Shown here one piece after another: positions 1 to 10,837 of a DNA stretch of 64,000 nucleotides. The position numbers and the translations under genes are program-made. The stretch comes from an uncultured Pseudomonadota bacterium (GTDB taxonomy: Bacteria > Oederibacteriota > Muellerivitia > Muellerivitales > Muellerivitaceae). Within the stretch, counting starts at the first letter, position 1; each line of letters begins with the position of its first letter. The stretch spans positions 96,001 to 160,000 of the forward strand of contig CAWIIP010000001.1 of assembly GCA_963836235.1 (NCBI GenBank), given 5' to 3'. The notes under the pieces are model-generated. The model was not told where the DNA came from and searched no databases. It saw only the letters and a list, made by a program, of their open reading frames with translations.

Positions 1-1
1 G

Positions 2-286
2 AATGTACCTGCACTTGAAATGGGAAAGATCAAAGGTATGGTTTTAACGCATCAAGGTCAGTTTCGCCATGTTGAAGATTTAGAACATCATGAAAAACTA
101 GAAGGTCATTTCAATTACATTTTAAATAGCCCCAGCGAACCATCCCTGGAACATCCTAATTCGGATGTCGCTACCGTAAAAGAAGGTTTTGTTTCGGTGA
201 CACCGCTTCATTTAGATTTGACCGCAAAACATTATTTTTCTCATTTTTCCGATTGGTCCTGGGAGGATAAGTTTTGGATGGAATAA
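2..286 (+). CDS. surE: 5'/3'-nucleotidase SurE, C-terminal part (begins before window)
   Basis: Frame open from position 2: NVPALEMGKIKG...SDVATVKEGFVSVTPLHLDLT, matching the SurE C-terminus (NVP; D..A...G.VSVTPL..DLT). Confidence 0.85.
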   Translation, partial: NVPALEMGKIKGMVLTHQGQFRHVEDLEHHEKLEGHFNYILNSPSEPSLEHPNSDVATVKEGFVSVTPLHLDLTAKHYFSHFSDWSWEDKFWME

Positions 287-447
287 TGGAGGATAATTCT
301 CTTTTGCCCTCGAAAGATTCAATGGTCGGTTTAAGAACATAATTACTGATACGGTCTCGGTGACACGCTCGACAGTTCTCAAAAGGGAAAAAACAAAAAT
401 CCAATGGATGACCCTGTTGCGAGATTGCCTAATACTGGAGGTCTTTG

Positions 448-669
448 ATGAAGGAACGCATTGAAAAAGTTTTGGATGAAATTCGTCACATCCTTCAAGC
501 TGATGGTGGTGATGTGCAGTTTATTCACGTCACGGATGATGGCATTGTCCAAATTCATATCAAAGGAACCTGCGACACTTGTACGAGTTCGATGATGACC
601 TTGAAGTGGGGGATTGAACAGTTGGTTATGGAACAGATTCCTGAAGTCAAAAAAGTGATCACAGTATAA
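448..669 (+). CDS. NifU C-terminal/NfuA-type Fe-S carrier protein
   Basis: EIRHILQADGGDV...GTCDTC (CxxC)...TLKWGIE; GGAGG RBS upstream. Confidence 0.9.
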   Translation: MKERIEKVLDEIRHILQADGGDVQFIHVTDDGIVQIHIKGTCDTCTSSMMTLKWGIEQLVMEQIPEVKKVITV

Positions 670-688
670 TTTTTGTTGAACTGCTTCG

Positions 689-720
689 GCTCATCCATAG
701 GTTTAAGGGATGGGTTTTTT
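689..720 (+). terminator. Probable intrinsic terminator after the nifU-like gene
   Basis: CTCATCC...GGATGGG stem followed by a T run. Confidence 0.5.
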
Positions 721-900
721 GTTGGTGGAAGCCTCAAAGTTTCCTATACTGTCTTCGTTTTCCTCGGCTGTTTTCCTTTCTTCGCTCATCTGTTGCGGCA
801 GGTTTGAATTTTAAATCAAGGTTCTTTTTCACCCGCAAAGGTGGAAAGTTTTTCCGATTCAAAATTCAAGATCATCAATTTGGGATTTAAGGGAGTTTTT

Positions 901-2196
901 TTGATACCGCGTTACACTTTGTCGGAAATGGGCGCCCTCTGGTCCGAGCAGTCTAAATACGATTCCTGGCTGAAGGTTGAGATTGCCGCCTGCGAGGCTT
1001 GGGCTCGGATTGGCCAGATTCCCAAAAAAGACCTGAAAATTATAAAGAAAAAAGCCAAGTTTTCGGTCAAGCGTATTGATGCCATCGAACGTAAAACAAA
1101 CCATGATTTAATTTCCTTTTTGACTTCAGTTGCAGAAAACGTAGGCCCTTCCTCTCGATTTATCCATCTGGGTCTTACTTCCACCGATGTGGTGGACACA
1201 GCCCAGGCGCTTCAATTAGTCCCGGCTGCTGACCTGATATTAGGTCAGTTGAGAAAACTCCGTGAGATTCTGAAACGTCTGGCTAAAGAACATCGTTATT
1301 CCATGATGATAGGTCGCACCCATGGAGTGCATGCTGAGCCAGTCACTTTCGGTCTCAAAATGGCCCTTTGGTACGATGAAATCGGCCGCCAAATTGATCG
1401 ATTGAGTTTAGCTAGGGAGCAGGTGGCGGTGGGCATGATTTCCGGGGCCGTTGGAACTTTCGCCAATATCGATCCGCGGGTTGAAAAGCATGTCTGCAAA
1501 TTACTGGGGTTGAAACCCGCCACGGTTTCCACCCAAACTCTCCAACGTGACCGACACGCTTATTTCCTCTCGGTCCTGGCCGTGATCGCTTCCTCGTTGG
1601 AAAAATTCGCCACTGAAATTCGAAATCTCCAGCGTACTGAAATTCTGGAAGTGGAGGAATATTTTGCCGAGGGCCAAAAGGGTTCTTCTGCCATGCCCCA
1701 CAAGCGCAATCCTTTAACTGCTGAGAGGGTGGCGGGGTTGGCCCGGGTGATGCGGGGCTATGCCTTGGCTGCCCAGGAAAATGTCGCTCTTTGGCATGAG
1801 CGGGATATCACCCATTCATCGGCCGAGCGCATTATTTTGCCGGACGCGACGATTCTACTTCATTACATGTTGGCCAAGTTCATTGGGGTGATGGAAAAAC
1901 TGAACATTTATCCCGATCGCATGAAGCGCAATATTCAACTCACCCGGGGATTGGTTTCCTCCCAACAGGTGCTTTTGGCTCTGGTGAAGAGGGGCATTAC
2001 CCGTGAAAAGGCCTATGCCATCGTTCAAAGAAATGCCTTGAATGCCTGGAAAAATGAGGAGAATTTTCGGCGTTTAATCGAGGTCGATCCTGAAGTCGTT
2101 AAAATGTTGACCCCGTCGGAGATTGAAGAATGCTTTAATCTTTCTTATCACATGAAGAATGTGGATTATATTTTGAAACGGGCCGGAATACTTTAA
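901..2196 (+). CDS. purB: Adenylosuccinate lyase
   Basis: MIPRY start (TTG after GGGAG); GRTHGVHAEP, GSSAMPHKRNP, ERDITHSSAER. Confidence 0.97.
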   Translation: MIPRYTLSEMGALWSEQSKYDSWLKVEIAACEAWARIGQIPKKDLKIIKKKAKFSVKRIDAIERKTNHDLISFLTSVAENVGPSSRFIHLGLTSTDVVDTAQALQLVPAADLILGQLRKLREILKRLAKEHRYSMMIGRTHGVHAEPVTFGLKMALWYDEIGRQIDRLSLAREQVAVGMISGAVGTFANIDPRVEKHVCKLLGLKPATVSTQTLQRDRHAYFLSVLAVIASSLEKFATEIRNLQRTEILEVEEYFAEGQKGSSAMPHKRNPLTAERVAGLARVMRGYALAAQENVALWHERDITHSSAERIILPDATILLHYMLAKFIGVMEKLNIYPDRMKRNIQLTRGLVSSQQVLLALVKRGITREKAYAIVQRNALNAWKNEENFRRLIEVDPEVVKMLTPSEIEECFNLSYHMKNVDYILKRAGIL

Positions 2197-2208
2197 GGAG
2201 TGGCGTCT

Positions 2209-2463
2209 ATGGGCTGGCATGTGAATGTTTATGTGACCTTAAAACCCTCGGTTCAAGATCCCCAAGGAGCCACGGTTCAACGGGCTTTGAACCAGATGGG
2301 CTATAACGGTGTTTTGGGTGTTCGTATGGGAAAGTTCACGGAATTGGAATTTGACGGGTCTCTTTCCGAATCCGACGTAAAAAAACAGTCGGATGAAATC
2401 TGCGACAAGCTTTTGGCCAACCCCAATATTGAGTCCTATCATTTCACTGTGGAGAAGAAATGA
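2209..2463 (+). CDS. purS: FGAM synthase subunit PurS
   Basis: [12 protein letters not shown]...[10 protein letters not shown]; precedes purQ. Confidence 0.95.
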   Translation: MGWHVNVYVTLKPSVQDPQGATVQRALNQMGYNGVLGVRMGKFTELEFDGSLSESDVKKQSDEICDKLLANPNIESYHFTVEKK

Positions 2464-3158
2464 AGTTTTCCGTCACGGTTTTTCCGGGTTCCAATTGCGA
2501 TCATGATTGCGAATACGTGATCCGGGATGTCATGGGCCAGAAAGTCGAGATGATCTGGCACAAGGAAACCGACTTAAGGAATCCCGATTGTGTGGTCGTG
2601 CCGGGTGGGTTTTCCTATGGAGATTACCTGCGAACCGGGGCCATCGCCCGGTTTTCCCCGGTGATGAAATCCGTAGCCGATTTCGCCGCCAAAGGCGGGC
2701 TTGTGATCGGTATCTGCAACGGCTTCCAGATACTCTGCGAAGCAGGGCTTTTACCAGGAGCCCTTATCCGTAATAAGACCCTTCAATTTATCTGCAAAAA
2801 TCTCTATATCAAGGTCGAACAGACCGACACGCCTTTCACGAATGCCTGCAAACCGGGGCAGGTCTTGAAAATTCCTATCGCCCATGGCGAAGGAAACTAC
2901 TTTATTGATTCGGAAGGTCTTAAGAAGCTTGAGATGAATCGCCAGATCGTTGTTCGCTATTGTGACGCGCAAGGGAAGTTGACCGCCGAAGCTAATCCCA
3001 ATGGCTCATTGGAGAATATCGCCGGGATTTGTAACATTGAACGCAATGTTTTTGGGCTAATGCCCCATCCTGATCGTTCCGGCGAGGATATTTTGGGCAG
3101 CCATGACGGGCAATTTATCTGGAAATCTATTTTGGCCGCCAAGGTAGGCGCATTATGA
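2460..3158 (+). CDS. purQ: FGAM synthase glutaminase subunit PurQ
   Basis: [31 protein letters not shown]. Confidence 0.97.
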   Translation: MKFSVTVFPGSNCDHDCEYVIRDVMGQKVEMIWHKETDLRNPDCVVVPGGFSYGDYLRTGAIARFSPVMKSVADFAAKGGLVIGICNGFQILCEAGLLPGALIRNKTLQFICKNLYIKVEQTDTPFTNACKPGQVLKIPIAHGEGNYFIDSEGLKKLEMNRQIVVRYCDAQGKLTAEANPNGSLENIAGICNIERNVFGLMPHPDRSGEDILGSHDGQFIWKSILAAKVGAL

Positions 3159-5385
3159 GTTCCTCGATCATGGAAGTCGAAATCACCCCCCAAATTATCA
3201 AGGAACATGGCCTCAAACCTGATGAATACGACCGGATTTGCAAGATTCTGAGCCGCAAGCCTAATATCACCGAATTGGGGCTTTATTCGGTCATGTGGAG
3301 CGAGCATTGCGGTTACAAGCATTCCAGGGCCCTTTTGAAAACCCTGCCGACTAAGGGGCCTAAGGTTCTACAGGGGCCCGGCGAAAATGCCGGCATCGTG
3401 GATATTGGCGAAGGTTGGGCGGTTGCTTTTAAGGTGGAATCCCACAACCACCCCTCGGCGATTGAACCTTATCAAGGGGCCGCCACGGGAGTGGGCGGCA
3501 TTCTTCGGGATATCTTTACCATGGGCGCCCGGCCCATCGCTTCCTTGAATTCATTGCGGTTTGGTTCTCTCGCGGACCCCAAGGTTAAGAGGCTTTTTAC
3601 GGGCGTTGTCAGGGGAATCGCGGACTATGGCAATTGCATGGGTATTCCGACAGTGGCCGGAGAAGTGGTTTTCGATGAAAGCTACTCAGAGAATTGTCTG
3701 GTCAACGCCATGTCGGTCGGATTGGTAAGGCACGAACATATCATCAAAGGGAAAGCCACCGGGGTGGGGAATCCGGTCATCTATATCGGGGCGACCACGG
3801 GGCGGGATGGAATTCATGGCGCAACTTTCGCCTCTACCGAAATAAGCGACGAATCCACCGAAAAGCGGAGCGCAGTCCAGGTCGCTGATCCCTTTATGGA
3901 AAAGCTACTGATGGAAGCCACGTTGGAACTCATCCATAGCGATCTTTTGGTGGGAATTCAGGACATGGGGGCGGCCGGTCTCACCTGTTCCACCTGTGAA
4001 ATGGCGAGCCGAGGTGGGGCCGGAATCGAAATCGACGTGGCTAAGGTTCCCAAGCGTGAAAAGGGAATGACGCCTTATGAAATCCTGCTTTCCGAATCCC
4101 AGGAGCGCATGTTGCTCGTGGCAAAGCCGGGTTGTGAACAAAAAGTCCATGATATCTTGGCCAAGTGGGACTTACACGCGGCCACAATTGGGGTTGTGAC
4201 GGATACGGGCCGCATGGTGGTGAAGGAAAACGGCAAGGTCGTGGCGGACGTTCCTGCTGATTCCTTGACCGAAGCGCCCGTCTATCATCCGGCCAAGAGC
4301 GAACCGGCGATCTTGAAAAAGCATCGTGAATTCGACGAGTCAAGCGTCCCCACTTCAAAGAATCTGCAGGATGTCCTTGAAAAATTACTTTCGGATCCAA
4401 CCATCGCCAGCAAAAGATGGGTTTACCAGCAATACGACCATATGGTCCGTTCCAATTCGCTAGTGCGGCCCGGGTCGGACGCGGCGGTTATCCGGGTGAA
4501 AGGGACATCATTGGGATTGGCGATGACTATTGACGGATTGGGTTCCTATTGCGCTCTGGACCCTTATGAAGGGGCGAAGATCGTAGTGGCGGAAGCCGCC
4601 CGTAATATCGCCTGTTCCGGGGCCGAACCAATTGGCATGACCGACTGTCTGAATTTTGGAAGCCCTGAAAAACCTGAAGTTTACTACTATTTTGACCGTG
4701 TCATCGCGGGGTTAGGCGACGCCTGCAGGGCATTTAATATTCCCATCACTGGTGGAAATGTCTCTCTTTACAACGAAAATCCATCGGGTGCCATTGATCC
4801 AACTCCCATCGTTGGGATGATGGGACTTTTTTCCAATGTCGGATAAAGCCGTGACCCAATGGTTTAAAGAAGAGGGTGATTTTGTTTATTTGTTAGGAAA
4901 TATTGGGGATTCCATTGGTGGAAGCCGCTATTTACAGCTCATCCATGGAAAAAAGACTGGGGCTTGTCCTAAATTAGATTTAGAGGTCGAGTTGAAATTG
5001 CATCAAGCCCTGAAGGTTATGGCCGATGAAAAGCTTCTTCAAAGCGCCCACGATTGCTCCGATGGGGGTTTTGCTGTGGCTTTAGCTGAATGCTGTGTGA
5101 CGGGCTTAACCCATGAGGCGAAAACCCAGGGGGCCAAAGCTACTTTGCCGGGTACGGGACGGTTGGATGGCCGCCTTTTTGGGGAAGCTCAATCGAGAGC
5201 GATTGTTTCTTGTAAACCCGACTCTGGGGCCTCAAGTTGAAGCTCAGGCCCGGAAATTAGGCGTACCTTGCGTCAAAATCGGTCAAGTCGGCGGGGATTC
5301 TTTGGTGATTGAAAATGTAATCAAGGCACCCGTCAACCTATTGGCGGATTTGTTTTTCACTAGCATTGAAAAGATGATGGCCTAG
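3155..5385 (+). CDS. purL: FGAM synthase subunit PurL; two single-base frameshifts (about 4841 and 5226), probably sequence errors
   Basis: [44 protein letters not shown] spread over ORFs 3155-4846, 4836-5240 and 5113-5385; removing one G at each junction restores one frame. Confidence 0.93.
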
Positions 5386-5404
5386 CCATTTAAAGGAGCC
5401 ACCT

Positions 5405-6822
5405 GTGTCTCAGATGTTAGAGGATGATAAGCCCCACGATCAGTGCGGTGTTTTCGGCGTCTTCGGTCATCCCGAGGCGGCTAAGATCACCTATTTAGGT
5501 TTGCATTCACTCCAGCATCGGGGCCAAGAATCCGCGGGTATTTGCACGATGGATGAGGGACGCCTTTATAACCACAAGCGGATGGGTTTGGTCGCGGACA
5601 TTTTTGACGAGACTGCGTTTAAAGAATTACCTGGGAAGACGGCTATCGGCCATGTGCGATATTCCACCACTGGGTCCAGCCAATTGAGAAACGCCCAGCC
5701 CATCGCCGTTGAGTACGCACGGGGCAGTATCGCCATCGCCCACAACGGAAACCTGGTCAACGCTCGCCGCATCCGAGACGAATTGGAAGCCCGAGGTTCC
5801 ATTTTTGTTTCCACCGTTGATTCAGAAGTCATCGTGCATCTTTTGGCCCGTTCTACCAACCACACCTTGATCGAGGGAGTCATCGAGTCCTTAAAGCAAG
5901 TGAGGGGAGCCTATTCGCTTCTCATCTTGTCCGATGACGGCATGTTGGGTATGCGGGATCCCCATGGTTTCCGGCCTCTTTGTCTGGGCAAGCTGGGGGA
6001 TTCCTATGTTTTGGCCAGCGAGACCTGTGCATTTGATATTGTCGACGCCAAATACATCCGTGATGTGGAACCGGGGGAAATCGTTCTTATCAATGAGAAT
6101 GGCTTGGTTTCCATTAAGCCATTCGAGAAAATCCAGTCGGCCATGTGTATTTTCGAATTTATCTATTTTGCTAGACCTGATTCCCGTATTTACGATACCA
6201 GCGTGCAAAAAGTAAGAAAGCGGCTGGGAGCCATTTTGGCGCAGGAAGCTTATGTCGAAGCTGACGTGGTTGTTCCGGTCCCCGATTCTTCCAACATGGC
6301 GGCTACAGGTTACGCGGAAGAAGCCAAAATTCCCTATGAAATGGGGCTCATCCGCAACCATTACATCGGACGAACCTTCATCGAGCCGGATCAAGCCATC
6401 CGTGACTTCGGTGCCCGTTTAAAATACAACCCGGTTCGGGAGGCCATGGAAGGAAAGCGAGTCATCCTCATCGACGATTCCATCGTCCGGGGAACAACAA
6501 TGCGTAAGATCGTCAAAATGATCCGAAATGTTGGGGCCAAAGAGGTGCATCTTGCGCATCACCTCGCCGCCCATTATTTCACCTTGTTTTTACGGAATGG
6601 ACTTTCCAAGCCGGAAGGAGCTTATCGCGGCCACCCACAGCCTGGAAGAGATCAAAACCTATCTTACGGGTCGACAGTCTTTCTTATTTATCAGTGGATG
6701 GAATGATGAAAGCCGTTGAAGGAACCCCTCAGGGTCATTGTGCGGCCTGCTTTACGGCTAAGTATCCGGTTCCTTTTGATGAGGAGACAGAAAAGTACAG
6801 TCTCGAAGTCTCCAAGTGTTGA
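5405..6822 (+). CDS. purF: Amidophosphoribosyltransferase (propeptide, Fe-S type); two single-base frameshifts (about 6552 and 6664)
   Basis: CGVFG, LQHRGQESAG, DDSIVRGTT; continues in shifted frames as RITSPPIISPCFYGMD and VDSLSYLS...HCAACF to TGA at 6820-6822. Confidence 0.93.
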
Positions 6823-8109
6823 AGAACGGTAGTTTTTAACAATAGTTTTCCGGAAGAAACTACCCGGTTACGGCCTTTTTCCTTGGCTTCATATAGTGAA
6901 TGGTCGGCTCGTTTGATAACCTCTTCCGGAGTTTTCCGGGCCTTTTCCGGCAAAAGCTACTCCCGCGCTAAAGGTGATGTTTACCTTTTTGCCCCTATGC
7001 TTTTCCTTTTTAAACGGCAGGCTCATTCCTTCGTAGTTCGAGCTTCGTTTGCTGCGCAAGGTAAACTTCCGTTTTTCCATCGTTGCACGGGCCTTTTCCA
7101 TCATCTCGACGGCTGATTCCTGGGTGGGGCCTTCGAAAATCACGCAAAATTCTTCACCTCCATAGCGATAAACCCGATCACCGAGGTGTTCTTGCAGATG
7201 TTGGGCAACCATTCTGAGCACATTATCACCCTCGGCATGTCCATAGGTATCATTGAACTTCTTAAAATGGTCGATATCGACCATGGCGAGGGCGTAATGG
7301 CCTGAAAGGGTATGAAGGCGCTCATCCATGGCCTGCCGGTTGGAAACAGCGGTAAGGGGGTCCAAATAAACCTTCTGCACGTACATCCGAAACAGGGCAA
7401 AAAGCAGGATACCGTCATGGTGGCAAAGGCGATAATGATGTGGGAAACCAGGGATATCCTGGTGGTCGAGTTGCCATTGATGAGGTTGGCCTGGATACAA
7501 AAGAGGAAGGGAACAAAAGTGGTCATAAGAGCAATCAGGAAGGGTTTGATTTTGAGATCCGGTAGATAAGTAACGACCAAAAGGAATAAGCCGGTAGCGA
7601 CCCAGGAAAACTTAGGAAGGGATGTTAATTGGGTAGGAACGGCCTGTCCCCAGAAGAAAAGCTTCTGGTAGATATCCGGGGCCCAACTGAAAAGGCAGAT
7701 GAAAAGCAGAAGGGGGAAGAGAGCCAAGAGGAACCGGGCCAGGCTGAGATCGCTCCAAAGACGGCTTTCCTTTAAGAGGTAGATGACGCAGAGCGCCAGG
7801 GGATAGGCCACACTGACAATCTGAAGGGTTTGAGGCCCAGCCCGTGGCCGTGACGGTAAAGGTATCAGGATGAAGGAGATAATAGTAAAAAGCCAAGAGA
7901 AGTATGGTGGACCAAAAGATACGGGTTTGGTTGATTTGCCAGCCCAGGATAGCAATCACGGTGAGGCCCACATAGGGAGCGAAAATGAGGAAGTCGGTAA
8001 TGGCCCGATGTGAAACTATTTCAGGACTTAGTGGGGGAAGAAAATAGAAAAAAAGGGGAATGAAACAAACTAAAAGATAGATACCGGCCCATTTGGCTTT
8101 TTCGGACAC
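6735..8109 (-). CDS. Multi-TM diguanylate cyclase (GGEEF), split by three single-base frameshifts; true 3' end uncertain
   Basis: Hydrophobic N-terminal ORFs, then DPLT..NR, DIDHFKKFNDTYGHAEGD, RYGGEEF, then RADHSLYEAKEKGRNRV in a fourth ORF. Confidence 0.85.
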
Positions 8110-8271
8110 GTTTGATCCTTAAAGGGAATTGAAAGAAGAATGGCTTAATTTAATGGTCCTTGGGTTATTTGTAAATGAAAGTCGGTCGAACGAAAGAGGG
8201 TGTTGGGAAGCTTTTCGAGGGTATATTGGACGGATGTAATCCTAATCATTTTGTAATGGATGGTTTTCTCG

Positions 8272-8748
8272 ATGGGGTTGTTTAATTTTTTCTCTAAGCG
8301 AAAAATTTATGAAAATGCCAATCTTGAAAAAGTAATGATGGAAATGTCGCTTCGTCCGGTCATGAAAACAAGGCGAGTTTTATACGCGGAATTATTGAAA
8401 AGCACTCTACTTCTTCCCACTCCCAGTCCATTGGAATCTTCTACATTCGAAACATCTTTAAAAGAGATTCAACTGGTGACCCAGCCTGGGCCCAAGAATG
8501 AGTTGGTTTGGATTGCCTTTACCAGTAAGGAGGCCCTTCGACAGTGGCGGCCTCAATTTGAGGATGCTTATGTAGCCATCCAAGGAACCCTTTTATTCGC
8601 GTTGGCGGTCCAAAACCGAGTGGAAAATATCTTGATCAATCTTGCGGGACCAGTGAGTGGGAAAATCACTGGAATGGAATTGCAAATGCTTGCGGAAGGG
8701 ATTTTGCCGAGGGATGAGGACGGCAATACCAAAAACACTAAAGCCTAG
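8272..8748 (+). CDS. SseB family protein
   Basis: LLKSTLLLP...IAFTSKEALRQW...ILINLAGP...ELQMLAEG, the SseB N-terminal pattern. Confidence 0.7.
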   Translation: MGLFNFFSKRKIYENANLEKVMMEMSLRPVMKTRRVLYAELLKSTLLLPTPSPLESSTFETSLKEIQLVTQPGPKNELVWIAFTSKEALRQWRPQFEDAYVAIQGTLLFALAVQNRVENILINLAGPVSGKITGMELQMLAEGILPRDEDGNTKNTKA

Positions 8749-8779
8749 GTTTTGTTGACTGGAAGCCGGTGGTTAAGGC

Positions 8780-9229
8780 TTAAGGAATGTAGACGACACC
8801 CGTCATGCCCGTGCAAGCGGCACTACAAACGCTGGTCCCGCAAGTTGGAGAATGAATACTACAGTGATAATGGTAGGTGCCGGCAGTTCCAAAAGGAACG
8901 GTTACGACAATTGAGCTGGACGCTGGAACCGTAATGCCTCCAGGAATACAAGTTCCCGTTCCGGCACCATTGTCGACATAAATTATATGCGAACTAAAAC
9001 CAGTCGTATCCACGAAGGTAATGGAGCCGCCAGGCGCAATAGTAACGGCAGCGGGGTTAAAAGTATAAGTAGTGGTTCCGATCAGAGTGACGCTTGTTGT
9101 TAGGGATGGAGTGGGTGTAGCAGGCCCGTATTGAACAGGATATTGAGGGCCGACCGTCGGGCAACCTAAAGAAAAAAGCGACATCATCGCGCATCCCGTG
9201 CAAAAAGCTAAAATAGATAGGCGTTTCAT
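8780..9229 (-). CDS. Cupredoxin (plastocyanin/azurin-like) lipoprotein
   Basis: Signal peptide ending SLGC; FNPAAVTIAPG; SH; GTYHYHCSIH...GMTGVV (type-1 Cu ligands H, C, H, M); GAGGTG RBS. Confidence 0.8.
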   Translation of the reverse strand: MKRLSILAFCTGCAMMSLFSLGCPTVGPQYPVQYGPATPTPSLTTSVTLIGTTTYTFNPAAVTIAPGGSITFVDTTGFSSHIIYVDNGAGTGTCIPGGITVPASSSIVVTVPFGTAGTYHYHCSIHSPTCGTSVCSAACTGMTGVVYIP

Positions 9230-9718
9230 AATCACCTCACTCAAGATAATGAATAATGGATTATCTTACTAAACCCTGGAAGGTTCAAGGAAGCCGTGAA
9301 AAAACTCACACATACGGCTGTTTTTATTTAATGTCTTAACTCAGTGCATTTTAACACCTTTGAAAATATCCAAACTTAGTTCTCGTGGTTCATTTGCGGT
9401 TGTTTTTATGGATGGAGAATGGTTTTAAAATCCCCTTAATTGAGTTGTCCTGTCAAAAGGAGGGGGCGTGTTGAAGTTTTTCCAAGTGTCTAATATGGGA
9501 TAATTATTTTGGAAAATAGTATTAGATAAAAAAGTTTCAAAATTCCCGTTTTAAACATACAAAAAAATTCCTCGCAATTTGACCGCTTTGTTTGACCTGG
9601 CTTTGGTTTTACCGCTTGTTCTCCGATAACGTAGCCCTTACGATAGGGCCGAAATCGGTTATTTTCCCGCTTTGAATTTGAAATTGATTCACTAAGTCTG
9701 CGCTATAAGGAGATTTTC

Positions 9719-10759
9719 TTGAAATCCACTAAATCCGTTACTTATAAATCCGCCGGTGTGAATATTGACGCGGGCAATGAAACTGTCAACCGCATCAAAA
9801 AACAAGTCGCTTCAACATTCAATGAAAATGTCCTTTCCGATATCGGCCTTTTTGGCGGGTTGTTCGAATTCAAAGCCAAAAAGTACAAAAAACCGGTGTT
9901 TGTTTCTTCTACTGACGGGGTGGGAACCAAAATTCAAATCGGCGTTGCCATGAGGAGATACAAGGGTCTGGGGCGGGACATCGTGGGCCATTCCATCAAT
10001 GACATACTCGTGCAGGGAGCTAAACCCCTCTTTTTTCTTGATTACCTTGCGGCTGGAAAATTGGATCCAGCGGTGGTCGAAGAGATTGTTTCTGGAATGG
10101 CGGAAGAATGCCGGAAAGCAGGAGTTGCCCTTATTGGAGGGGAAACCGCTGAAATGCCCTCAGTTTACCGGGAAGGGGATTATGACATTGCGGGAACCAT
10201 TGTTGGGGTGGTGGAAAAGAAAAAAATTATTCGGGGGGAAGAGGTGGAACCGGGAGACGTTTGCATCGGATTGCCATCTGTTTCCCTTCACACCAACGGT
10301 TATTCCCTAGCCCGCAAAATTGTCTTGGACGTGGCGGGATTGAAGTACACCGACCGCGTACCTGAATTGAACGGAGTGATTGGAGACATCCTACTAACGC
10401 CCCATAAATCATATTTCCATGAAATCTACCCGATATTAGATGAAGTGAATATTAAGGCGATGGCCCACATTACGGGTGGAGGATTGATTGATAACCCGCC
10501 GCGCGTGCTTCCGGAAGGTTGCCGTATCCGGTTTAAAGAAGGGTCCTGGAAGGTTTTGCCAATCATGGACTGGCTTGTTAAAAACGGAAATGTTCCCAAG
10601 GAAGATGCCTACAGAACTTTCAATATGGGGTTAGGTATGGTGTTAATTGTGAGCCCAAAGAAGGTGGAAAAGGCTTTGAAAAAGCTCCGTAAGAATGGCG
10701 CTAATCCCGTGGTTGTCGGAGAGGTCATTGAGGGGAAAAAAGGCGTGGAATTCGTCTGA
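9719..10759 (+). CDS. purM: AIR synthetase
   Basis: TYKSAGVNID, STDGVGTK, GGETAEMP, HTNGYSL, AHITGGG, TFNMG. Confidence 0.97.
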   Translation: MKSTKSVTYKSAGVNIDAGNETVNRIKKQVASTFNENVLSDIGLFGGLFEFKAKKYKKPVFVSSTDGVGTKIQIGVAMRRYKGLGRDIVGHSINDILVQGAKPLFFLDYLAAGKLDPAVVEEIVSGMAEECRKAGVALIGGETAEMPSVYREGDYDIAGTIVGVVEKKKIIRGEEVEPGDVCIGLPSVSLHTNGYSLARKIVLDVAGLKYTDRVPELNGVIGDILLTPHKSYFHEIYPILDEVNIKAMAHITGGGLIDNPPRVLPEGCRIRFKEGSWKVLPIMDWLVKNGNVPKEDAYRTFNMGLGMVLIVSPKKVEKALKKLRKNGANPVVVGEVIEGKKGVEFV

Positions 10760-10837
10760 CTTCTATTCAATTTGGTGTGCCACAAGTCTTTAGCCTTTTT
10801 GAAAAGTCCGTGATCCGGTTCTCACCTGTGGAACTTT

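Noticed and set aside
4830-6670. Programmed ribosomal frameshifting in purL/purF
   Set aside because: No canonical slippery heptamers or stimulators; several shifts per gene and in a neighbour on the opposite strand fit sequence error better.
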